Positions 1 to 8,900 of a stretch of DNA of 29,324 nucleotides are shown piece by piece (the stretch's first letter is position 1; each line of letters starts with the position of its first letter). Source of the stretch: an uncultured euryarchaeote (GTDB lineage: Archaea > Thermoplasmatota > Poseidoniia > Poseidoniales > Poseidoniaceae); NCBI GenBank assembly GCA_937899865.1, contig CALBRH010000003.1, positions 1 to 29,324 on the forward strand, given 5' to 3'. The translations under genes and the position numbers were made by a program. Below the pieces are notes generated by a model. The model was not told the DNA's origin. It was given only the letters and a program-made list of their open reading frames with translations, and made no database searches.

Positions 1-1
1 G

Positions 2-964
2 CCACAAGATATTCTTGACCGCTGGTCAAAACATGAAATCAAGGTTGCACCACCGGTAATTTCTGTACTCATGGAAATTATTAGGGTGCTTGAATTCTCC
101 AACAATGATATGGTTGAGGCTGCACAAAATATCTCAAACAGGCAGCCTGGGCGCCAGTCAATTCTGTTTGCCTATGGAGTTGAAGTGGTACCAATTAGAA
201 CTGCAACCCTACCTCCTGCAGACCACACTAATTGTTACTTAGTTGGTGATCCTGAAGGCGACTTCATTATTGTCGACCCTGCAGTACGTTACCGAGAAGA
301 TATGGAGAATCTCGCAGAGGCGGTTGAACGACATAATGGTCAGCCAATTGCTATTGCATTTACTCATTCACACGGCGACCATCTTGCTGATATGGATTTA
401 CTAAGCGAAGCCTTTGATTTGCCAGTCTGGGGCAGTGAATACACTTCAAGAAGCGTTGATTGTGAGCGAATTTTAGTGGATGGAGAAATCCTCCAATTAG
501 GTAATCAAGCTTGGCAGATTCTAATCACGCCAGGTCATCATCCAGGTCATACTTGTTTCTTGAGTGATGCAGGATTAGTGGCTGGCGACATGGTGGCTGG
601 TTTTGGCACAATTTTGATTCCACCTGCAACCGGAGATATGGATGAATACCTTGAGCAACTTGCTAGACTTAGAGACCTAAAGCCGCATCTTGCATTCCCA
701 AGTCATGGCCCGGTAATTGCTCTGCCAGAAAAGAAATTCAATTATTACATCAAGCATCGAAGTGCTCGACATGACAAGGTATTGCAGGCAGTTGCCGATG
801 GCTTGAGCAATGTCTCAGAAATTGCCGTAAAAGCGTATGAGGATACACCAAATGCACACCCAGGACTTGCAAGAGACCAGACATTAGCGCACCTATTGTC
901 ACATCAAAGACAGGGTAAGTTATCTCAAGATTCTAATGGCAATTGGCATGCAAGCATTGATTGA
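2..964 (+). CDS. MBL-fold metallo-hydrolase (LACTB2-like) with C-terminal winged-helix-like region; 5'-truncated, probably a NUDIX-MBL fusion
   Basis: Motifs THSHGDH (HxHxDH), TPGHHPGH, AGD and SHG are present. The frame is open from nt 2 (PQDILDRWSKHEIKVAPPVISVL-MEI...), so the ATG at 71 is probably internal. Confidence 0.85.
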   Translation, partial: PQDILDRWSKHEIKVAPPVISVLMEIIRVLEFSNNDMVEAAQNISNRQPGRQSILFAYGVEVVPIRTATLPPADHTNCYLVGDPEGDFIIVDPAVRYREDMENLAEAVERHNGQPIAIAFTHSHGDHLADMDLLSEAFDLPVWGSEYTSRSVDCERILVDGEILQLGNQAWQILITPGHHPGHTCFLSDAGLVAGDMVAGFGTILIPPATGDMDEYLEQLARLRDLKPHLAFPSHGPVIALPEKKFNYYIKHRSARHDKVLQAVADGLSNVSEIAVKAYEDTPNAHPGLARDQTLAHLLSHQRQGKLSQDSNGNWHASID

Positions 965-978
965 TAGCATTCCCTGGC

Positions 979-2004
979 ATGGTCATGCCTCGCAGATTAG
1001 TTATCACCAAAGCAGGTTCACCATCAGTTCTTGATGTCATTGAAATGTCGATGCCTACACCAAATGAAGGTGAGGTTTGTATCGAAGTTCACTATGCTGG
1101 AATCAACTTTGCCGATACGCTAATGAGACTTGGTTTGTATCAGCCAAGACCGCCATTCCCATTTACTCCAGGCTACGAAGTAAGTGGAACAATTCATTCA
1201 ATTGGCAAAGGAGTTTCAGAGTTTGAGGTTGGTCAAAGAGTAGTTGCGGCAATGCAGAATGGTGGCCAAGCTAGCCACGTTATTGCAGTTACTTCACGAG
1301 TTATTCCATTACCTGATGAAATGTCATTAGAAAAGGCTGCATCAATGCCAGTAACCTACATTACTGCACACCATATGTTGCACCATTTGGGTAATCTAAA
1401 GTCAACAGATACTGTACTGATTCATGGTGGTGCTGGAGGCGTTGGAACCGCAGCCTTACAATTATGCCAGTGGGCCGGAGTAAGCAAAGTTTGGGCTACT
1501 GCCTCAGGTCATAAGGCAGATGTCATCAAGCAATTCGGTGGAATTCCAATAGATAGACACAAGCAAGATTTCGTTGAGATTATCAAGCGAGAAACCGATG
1601 GAAGGGGGGTTGACCATATCCTTGACCCAATTAGCGGCGAGAACCTAAAACGCAGTTTGAAGGTTTTAGCAATGGGTGGTAAAGTGTACTCCTATGGCAT
1701 GTCAGCAGCAGCACCAACCAGTAAGCGTTCCCTACTCAAAGCATATTTTGCTTGGCGAAAAACACCAAAACTTGATCCTCTCAAAATGATGTCACGCAAT
1801 CAAGGAATATTCGGTGTACACATGGGGACATGGAATGACGAAGCGGTAATCGCTGAACAACTTCATCGCATTATCGATGGAATTAACCAAGGCGTACTCG
1901 ACCCAGTAATTGACTCAGTATTTCCAGTTGAAGATGCGGCTAAGGCACATCAGCACATCCATGACGCCAAGAACATCGGTAAAGTTCTGTTAAGTTTCAA
2001 GTAG
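979..2004 (+). CDS. MDR-superfamily NAD(P)H quinone oxidoreductase (VAT-1/zeta-crystallin-like)
   Basis: Motifs GINFAD, PFTPGYEVSG and the Rossmann GGAGGVG are present, with C-terminal AHQHI...NIGKVLL. No Zn-binding Cys cluster. Start at ATG 979 or 985 (ORF track uses TTG 961). Confidence 0.88.
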   Translation: MVMPRRLVITKAGSPSVLDVIEMSMPTPNEGEVCIEVHYAGINFADTLMRLGLYQPRPPFPFTPGYEVSGTIHSIGKGVSEFEVGQRVVAAMQNGGQASHVIAVTSRVIPLPDEMSLEKAASMPVTYITAHHMLHHLGNLKSTDTVLIHGGAGGVGTAALQLCQWAGVSKVWATASGHKADVIKQFGGIPIDRHKQDFVEIIKRETDGRGVDHILDPISGENLKRSLKVLAMGGKVYSYGMSAAAPTSKRSLLKAYFAWRKTPKLDPLKMMSRNQGIFGVHMGTWNDEAVIAEQLHRIIDGINQGVLDPVIDSVFPVEDAAKAHQHIHDAKNIGKVLLSFK

Positions 2005-2046
2005 ATTTCAATAAGCGTGAATCATTCAGTTGCATGAGGCGGTAAT

Positions 2047-4218
2047 ATGAAGGCCAATATGAGCGGTTTTGACCTACGAGCAATCGTTGGTGAACTGAGT
2101 CAGTACGTTGGTGCTTATGTCAAGAAATCATACATGCCGCATTACGAGCAAATTGTTTTGCGAATTAATCCCAAAGAAAGCAATCAGTTTGACTTAGTTA
2201 TCGTTAGAGGTTCACGAGTTTACACTTCTAATCGTGACCGCCCAATGCCGCAAACCCCGCCACCATTTGCTATGGTGCTACGGAAATATCTCAAAAATGC
2301 CCGCATGACTGCAGTTAGACAACTTGGTTTTGACCGAGTTTTAGCGTTAGACTTTGATACTAAATTTGGTGAAATGCATCTTTATGTTGAAGTCTTCAGA
2401 GAGGGTAACGTCATTTTGGTTGATAGTGAAGGAATTATCATTCAACCGCTGACTCACGCTAAGTATTCCGGGCGTGTCTTGAAGAAAGGTGTGGAATATT
2501 CACCTCCTCCAGCAGCCTCAGACCCTCATGATTTTGATGAGGCAGCATTACAGGGAATCTTTGACAATTCAGACCGTGACCTTGTCGCTACCCTTGGCGG
2601 TAAGGCAAATCTTGGTGGTACTCATGCCAATGCAGTTTGCTCATTAGCAGGCTATGAGCCCAATCTAGCAACTTCTGAAGTTGATATCAAGAAAGTTCAC
2701 AAAGCCCTCAAGCAATTACTCGACGGCCTTGCTAACGATGCTAAGGGCTATGTTATTCTCAAGACTGAAGGTGAGCAAACCGACGAGGAACTCCAAGAAT
2801 TAGCTAATCAGCAAGTAGATGGGGCTGAGCGAGACAAATTCTTACAGCAATATGCTAACGAAGCATCTCCAACCTTACTTCCAGCCCATGAAGGTAAAGC
2901 AGTTATTGAATTTGACAATTTATGCCAAGCAGTCGATGCATGGCAAGGTGCTCATGATGCCGGTGCACTTGCTCGTCGTGAAGCAGAAAAGTTAGACATT
3001 GCATCACCTGGAAGAGGCTTTTCTACCGAGGTAGAAAAATTGGAGCGACGCCAAGCACAACAGGAAAAGGCATTATCTGGCTTTGCTAAAAAAATCGAGA
3101 AGCAGCAAATGATTGGCCATACTATCCAAAATAATTGGACGCATGTCGAAAGTCTGCTTGCTCAAATCAAAGAATCAGTTGAGAAAAATGGTTGGAAAGA
3201 AACCCAAAAGATGGCAAAACAGATCCCTTGGATTGTCTCTATGAATCCGGCTGATAGGACTTTCATGACAATTTTGCCCGATGATAATGGCGAGCCAAAA
3301 GGCATGCAAGCAATGCTTAGATTGGATGAAACAGTTCATCAAAACGCTCAGCACTTCTTTGAAACTGCACGTAAGCAGAAAGCCAAAACCAAGGGTGCTA
3401 CCGATGCTTTAGAGGAAACCAATGTCTATCTTAAGCGGGCAAAAAAGAAGGAAGTCAAGGCCAAGGAAAGCGGTCGCTTAAGCAAAGTCAAACGCAGTAA
3501 GCGCTTATGGTTTGAGAATCATCGTTGGTCGATGACTACTGGAGGCCATTTGTTGGTTGGTGGCAAAGATGCTAAAGGTAATGATGCCATTGTCAAGAAA
3601 CATCTCTCAGGCTCAGATATGTATCTTCACGCTGATATTCATGGTGCTCCAAGTTGTAGCCTAAGGGCCTCACAGGGCTTCGTTGTTGATGAACATAGAC
3701 CAGGGCATATTCCAGACGATATTCCAACATTCAAATTAGTTGACAAGCTTGGAGATGAGAGAATCAATGATGAGAAGTTAACTGAAGCAGCAACTTTAGC
3801 CCTATGTTGGAGTCGTGCTTGGGCCAGTGGCGGAGGCCATGGTACAGTATTTGCTGTTAAGCCAGCTCAAGTTTCAAAGACCGCACAAACCGGAGAATAT
3901 GTTGGTAAGGGTGCATTCATTGTTAGAGGACAGCGTCAGTGGTTTAGAGACTTAGACGTAAGGTTGGGCATAGGAATAATTGCCATTAATGGAGTTCCTT
4001 TGTTGATGAGTGGTATGCCTGATATGATACGCAGTATGTGTCCAAGATATGCAATATTGAGTCCAGGGATCTCTAAGAAAGACAAACTCGCTAATCGAAT
4101 CTACAAGAATACCGGAATTTCCACCGATGAAATACTTGCAGTATTGCCAGGCTCTTGTGATATATTAGAGGATGAAGGAATCTTCACTCCACCAAAATCA
4201 TCTTCTGAAGAAGAATAA
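2047..4218 (+). CDS. rqc2: Ribosome quality-control protein Rqc2/NEMF homologue (NFACT family)
   Basis: NFACT-N motifs PPPFAMVLRKYL, QLGFDRV and EVFREGNVILVD, then a coiled coil, then NFACT-R motifs WFENHRW, GGKDAKGND, HADIHGAP and QVSKTAQTGEY...F.VRGQR. Confidence 0.92.
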   Translation: MKANMSGFDLRAIVGELSQYVGAYVKKSYMPHYEQIVLRINPKESNQFDLVIVRGSRVYTSNRDRPMPQTPPPFAMVLRKYLKNARMTAVRQLGFDRVLALDFDTKFGEMHLYVEVFREGNVILVDSEGIIIQPLTHAKYSGRVLKKGVEYSPPPAASDPHDFDEAALQGIFDNSDRDLVATLGGKANLGGTHANAVCSLAGYEPNLATSEVDIKKVHKALKQLLDGLANDAKGYVILKTEGEQTDEELQELANQQVDGAERDKFLQQYANEASPTLLPAHEGKAVIEFDNLCQAVDAWQGAHDAGALARREAEKLDIASPGRGFSTEVEKLERRQAQQEKALSGFAKKIEKQQMIGHTIQNNWTHVESLLAQIKESVEKNGWKETQKMAKQIPWIVSMNPADRTFMTILPDDNGEPKGMQAMLRLDETVHQNAQHFFETARKQKAKTKGATDALEETNVYLKRAKKKEVKAKESGRLSKVKRSKRLWFENHRWSMTTGGHLLVGGKDAKGNDAIVKKHLSGSDMYLHADIHGAPSCSLRASQGFVVDEHRPGHIPDDIPTFKLVDKLGDERINDEKLTEAATLALCWSRAWASGGGHGTVFAVKPAQVSKTAQTGEYVGKGAFIVRGQRQWFRDLDVRLGIGIIAINGVPLLMSGMPDMIRSMCPRYAILSPGISKKDKLANRIYKNTGISTDEILAVLPGSCDILEDEGIFTPPKSSSEEE

Positions 4219-4287
4219 TCCATTTATCAAATTATATTGCATTTATTCAACACACTATATTTTGAAGGAAAACCCACAGCGTACAGC

Positions 4288-4566
4288 ATGGAGGAAGAGC
4301 AACAGTTGTCGTTTTTTGCTCGCCTTTCCAAGTCTCCAGCATTTCGTTCACTGATGCTATTTTCAGCCTTTAGAGCCGTATATGGTATGGGGATTCTGAT
4401 TGTAACTTATTTCATTGCAACCAGTGATAACGTTCCAATCTGGACTTCCATCATCTTCCTGCTATTCTCTATGGTATTCTCTCGAATTCTATTCAAATTC
4501 ATCAAGAAAAAGTGGGCTAAGGGTGAGGATAATTCCGAGCCTATGGTACCAACGAGCGTGATTTGA
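4288..4566 (+). CDS. Small hypothetical membrane protein (2 TM)
   Basis: Two hydrophobic segments (SLMLFSAFRAVYGMGILIVTYFIA; IWTSIIFLLFSMVFSRILF) followed by basic KFIKKKW. ATG 4288 is preferred over the longer ORF start at 4237. Confidence 0.7.
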   Translation: MEEEQQLSFFARLSKSPAFRSLMLFSAFRAVYGMGILIVTYFIATSDNVPIWTSIIFLLFSMVFSRILFKFIKKKWAKGEDNSEPMVPTSVI

Positions 4567-5587
4567 ATTCATCAACAGTATCTTTGATGCATTCATCTAA
4601 TGGAATCCAATCCATACCAAGAATATCAGTCGCCTTTTGCGATGAAATATTTGAGTCACCACGGAAGAAACCCTTGACGGTTTTTCTTGTCATGTAGCGT
4701 TTTTTACCTCTCATGCCGTTGAACCAATCAAATAGAACGACAAGTGACATCATTGAACGAGGTATGCCGCGTTTTGGGGCTTTGCTTTTAGGATATAATC
4801 GCTTGATAGTTCGACAAACATCAACTAAGGTCAAATTTTTGTGAGGTGCAAGAATGAATCTGCCTTCTGCCTCATCAACCTCATAGGCTCTTCTATGAGC
4901 TATAGCTACATCTCTTACATGGACAATTGACAGAGGAAATTTTGGTGCCATTGGCACATTGCCATTGATAATGTCAGGAAAGAAATCTACACTTGGAGTC
5001 GGATTGACAAATCCACCACCAATGACTGCACTAGGGTTAATTACTCTTAGATCAATATCGAATTCTTTGGCCAACTCCCATGCTTTACGCTCACTATCTG
5101 TCTTGGCGATAATGTAAGGAGATGAGCGTTCAGTCTGCCAATCATCTTCAGTTTTCTCTCGCCCTTTAGGGGTATTTCCAACAGCAGCAACACTGGAGGT
5201 ATACACTACCCGTTTGATACCAGCATCTCTTGCAGCAGTAAGCAAATGGGTTGTGCCTAACAAAGCGGTATCAATAATTAGACTTCCATCTTTGGTATTG
5301 GAATATATGGTTGCGGTGTGAAATAATGAATCACAACCTTTTATCATTTCAGCCCAGTTGTCAGCATCCAGGATATCACCTTGAACAAGTTCAAGACGCT
5401 GTTCAACACCTATGTCTTTGGCATGTTGAACAACATGTTCAGTTTTGGAAGCATCATTTAGATCTCTAACTGAGCCCTTGACATTGTAGCCATTTTCCAG
5501 TAAGTCTCTAACGATTTGATTACCAATATGTCCGTTTACTCCAGTCACAAAAATTGTTTTTCCAATAGATTCTGGCGTACTTATCAT
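4541..5587 (-). CDS. NAD-dependent epimerase/dehydratase, extended SDR (dihydroflavonol-reductase/aldehyde-reductase-like)
   Basis: Motifs TGVNGHIG, LFHTA, YTSSVAA, catalytic YIIAK (YxxxK), INPSAVIG and VHVRDVA. Confidence 0.9.
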   Translation of the reverse strand: MISTPESIGKTIFVTGVNGHIGNQIVRDLLENGYNVKGSVRDLNDASKTEHVVQHAKDIGVEQRLELVQGDILDADNWAEMIKGCDSLFHTATIYSNTKDGSLIIDTALLGTTHLLTAARDAGIKRVVYTSSVAAVGNTPKGREKTEDDWQTERSSPYIIAKTDSERKAWELAKEFDIDLRVINPSAVIGGGFVNPTPSVDFFPDIINGNVPMAPKFPLSIVHVRDVAIAHRRAYEVDEAEGRFILAPHKNLTLVDVCRTIKRLYPKSKAPKRGIPRSMMSLVVLFDWFNGMRGKKRYMTRKTVKGFFRGDSNISSQKATDILGMDWIPLDECIKDTVDEFKSRSLVP

Positions 5588-5680
5588 TCAATCACTATTC
5601 CAATTGTAGTTGTTTTTTGTTAAATATTTGTTTGTCATTAAATCCTCATATTGATGTATTACGCTAATTTCGCAAGTAAC

Positions 5681-5875
5681 ATGCCAGCCCAGAGCGTCGA
5701 AGAAGAGTTAGCAGAATTAGCTGCACTTGTTGAAGAGGCTGAACGCTTAGGCTTTGACCCATGGCCGCCTGAAAAACCAGACCGTCCTTGGGCAAAGTGG
5801 GCGCTTGGCTCGTTCATGATAATCATGATGCTATCCGCAGTTTCAAAGGTGCTATTCCGCTTCGTCTCTATCTAA
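5681..5875 (+). CDS. Small hypothetical protein with C-terminal TM helix
   Basis: MPAQSVEEELAELAALVEEAERLGFDPWP... ends in hydrophobic WALGSFMIIMMLSAVSKVLF. It fills the gap between two minus-strand genes. Confidence 0.65.
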   Translation: MPAQSVEEELAELAALVEEAERLGFDPWPPEKPDRPWAKWALGSFMIIMMLSAVSKVLFRFVSI

Positions 5876-5901
5876 GATAGAGTACTTCAACTGAGACTCT
5901 T

Positions 5902-8900
5902 TCAATCTCTGCGTGCTAATAGTGCAGCACCTAATAGTGCAACGATACCAGCAATAGCGCCAAATCCTGGAGTCATCATTGGGTTCTCGTCAGAGTACTT
6001 GTCAGCAGATGCTGAGTATAGTCTAACAGTATTCCAATCGCCACCAGCATCAATCTCTGGGTTGATATGTACCATGTCACCATCAGAAATAGTTCCAGAA
6101 CTGTCTGCATCATGGAACATTATGTCTGCTCCTGGAGCTGATGCTTCAGCCATTGAGACCTTCATCACATCATCGCCACAAGTCATTGAACCATCCATGC
6201 CCATCATATCATCGCTACCTTCTTCGTCCATCATACATAGTGATAGAACAATGTGATAATCAGCGAAGTCGCCTTCTACTCCATCAGTCATCATCATGTC
6301 TGTAGTACGAATATTCCAATCGAATACTGCATGCATGTCGTGACCGTCATGGTCTCCGTGGTCACCATGATCTCCTCCACTGCTTGCAGAAGTCCACATC
6401 ATTCCTGCGTCTTCACAGTCTTCTTCGGTTGTGTATGAATGGTCTACTGAGTGAGTACTCATGTCATAACATACCATATCTCCATGGTCGTCATGGTCAT
6501 CATCATCATCACCGGAGTCATACAATGCTTGTAGTTCATCTGCGCTAAGTCCGCCACTGTCATCGTCATCCCACATAACAATCAGCATTTCGAAATCTTC
6601 CCAATCAGTACCTTCAATAGTGTCCTCACCAGCAGTCGCATTCATGAAATCAGAATATTCAGAAGCACTGACTTCACCATCACCATCGCTATCCATTACT
6701 GCAAGCATTACACTTGCATCTGCGCCTTCCATGTCAAATATTGAGTACATTAGACTGAATTCATCAGATGATAGCATACCATCTCCATCATCGTCTGCTG
6801 CATCAAAGTAGAAGCCAATTATATCTTCAGTTCTGTCTTCATCATGTGGAGGTTCACAGAACCACATGTCGCCATCAACCATTGTAATCATTTCACAGAC
6901 ATACCACATGCCCATACTTTCTTCGGAAGTAAGTGTGCCATCATCATCCATGTCAACGAAACATTCCCACATGCTACCTCCATCAGGAGAGCTGGAACTC
7001 ATATCAGTACAGTCGTCAAACATCATCCATGGTTCTGAATCATGCTCATCTTCTCCCATTGAACAATCTTCATTGCCATCATTGACAAGGTTCATTGCGA
7101 TGTCGTCGCCATTGTAACAGTCAAACCAGTTATCAACATCATTGTCTGCAATTCCATCTTCATCAGAGTCAACAGTTGTATCCATGTCTTGAGGTTCATC
7201 TGCTCCATCGCCACAATCCTCAGTACCATCGTTGACTAATTCGAAAGCAACTTCCATATCAGGCTCTCCGCCTACAGTAGAACTGCAAACAAAGTTTCTG
7301 TCATGGTCATGGTCATCTGAACTTAGTTCGGAGACTAGGTCAATAAAGTCTTGAAGTTCATCAAGTGTTAGTTCACCACTATCATCATCGTCACTATTAT
7401 TGAATGCGTCATGGAAATCAGCTTCCAAAGCAGGTGAGTTGTTTAGATGATTATCTTCAGGGTCATCTTCATCTTCATAAGAATTCCAAAGCTCAACAAA
7501 TTCTTCCCATGAAATACCATCAGATTCATCAGCATCACCATCCTCGATAACTTGTTCTGGAGTTGGAATATTTTCATCCATGTTTTCCAAGCCGTTTATG
7601 ACTTCATCAAGAGTCAAAAGGCCATCTCCATCTTCATCAAGCATGTCAAACATATCTGATTCTGATGGTAGTTCGAAATCGTCGTGGTCATCGTGGTCAT
7701 CATGGTCGCCGTGGTCGCCATGGTCATCATGATCTCCATGGTCATCGTGGTCGCCATGGTCATCATGATCTCCATGGTCATCGTGGTCGCCATGGTCTCC
7801 ATCATCGTGACCGTCATGGTCGCCGTGGTCATGACCGTCATGGTCTCCATCGTCTCCATGAGGAGGATCCATTGGCTCTACTACGAATGGTAGAGCGTGT
7901 ACTATTAGGGTTTCATCATCAACCAATAGAGCACCTGCTGCATCAGCGTCAAGGATTGTAATACTTGCTTCACTGCTCCATCCGTCAGTATGAGATTCAA
8001 CCAGTACAAAACTGGTAACCTCTAAAGCCGGTGATATAGTGAAAGTCATTGTGTATGTGTAGCCATCGTCATCAGTTGAAGTGGTAGAGAAAGAGTAACC
8101 ACTTGAGGTAGCAAGTCCAGCTTCAAACAATGCAGTAGCAGGGTCAAAATCTTCTGGAATCTCAACTTCAGTGTCAGGAAGACCTAAGTCCATTTCTCCG
8201 TCCATGTCGTCTCCGTGGTCATCATGGTCACCATCATCGCCATGGTCACCGTGGTCACCATCATCGCCATGGTCTCCATCGTCTCCGTGGTCACCATCAT
8301 CACCGTGATCGCCATCGTCACCGTGATCACCATCATCGCCATGGTCTCCACCATCGCCACCTGGGCCACTGTCTGCAGCAGTCCACATCAATCCAGCAGC
8401 TTCACAATCAACTTGATTGGTGTATGCATCGTTTACAGTGTGAGTACTAATGTCATAACATACCATTTCTTCACTATGATCTCCATCGTCACCGTGGTCA
8501 TCATCATCATCTTCAAGGAATGACTCTTCGTTCCAGTGGTCAGCAAATACTGATGCACTATTCATCTGGAATTCAGTACCCATCCAATTTGTTTGGATGT
8601 TTGTTGTACCGTCACTATTTTGTGTCATTAATTCTCCTATCTCGATGGTCATCATTCCCATATCCATCTCCATTTTCATGTAAGCGCCGTCAGGCGATAC
8701 AGCAATTGTGGAGGTGAATGATGAGGTCTCACCATCTTCGTCAGTATCACTACCTTCAGTAACCATTCCCATTGTTTCTCCCCATTCAGGGCCTTGGTCA
8801 ACAAGTAGTATGAATGCAGCAACGGAATCTCTCAAAACCATTTCTGTCAAACATGCCTCGCTGTTGGTTGCATTTTCATCATAATTATACGCGGATTCGT

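Noticed and set aside
5879-5900. Hairpin AGAGT...ACTCT between convergent genes as an intrinsic terminator
   Set aside because: The stem is only 5 bp plus a weak inner pairing, with no convincing U-tract. It is too weak to call.
7679-8361. Repeat arrays as CRISPR
   Set aside because: The units are contiguous, in-frame and coding, with no unique spacers and no cas genes.
7614-8523. Alternative-frame ORFs with Met/Val/Thr or Arg/His/Gly repeats (7614-7859, 7665-7961, 7684-7893, 8184-8369, 8215-8523)
   Set aside because: These are shadows of the 18-bp His/Asp repeats, which lack stop codons in several frames.
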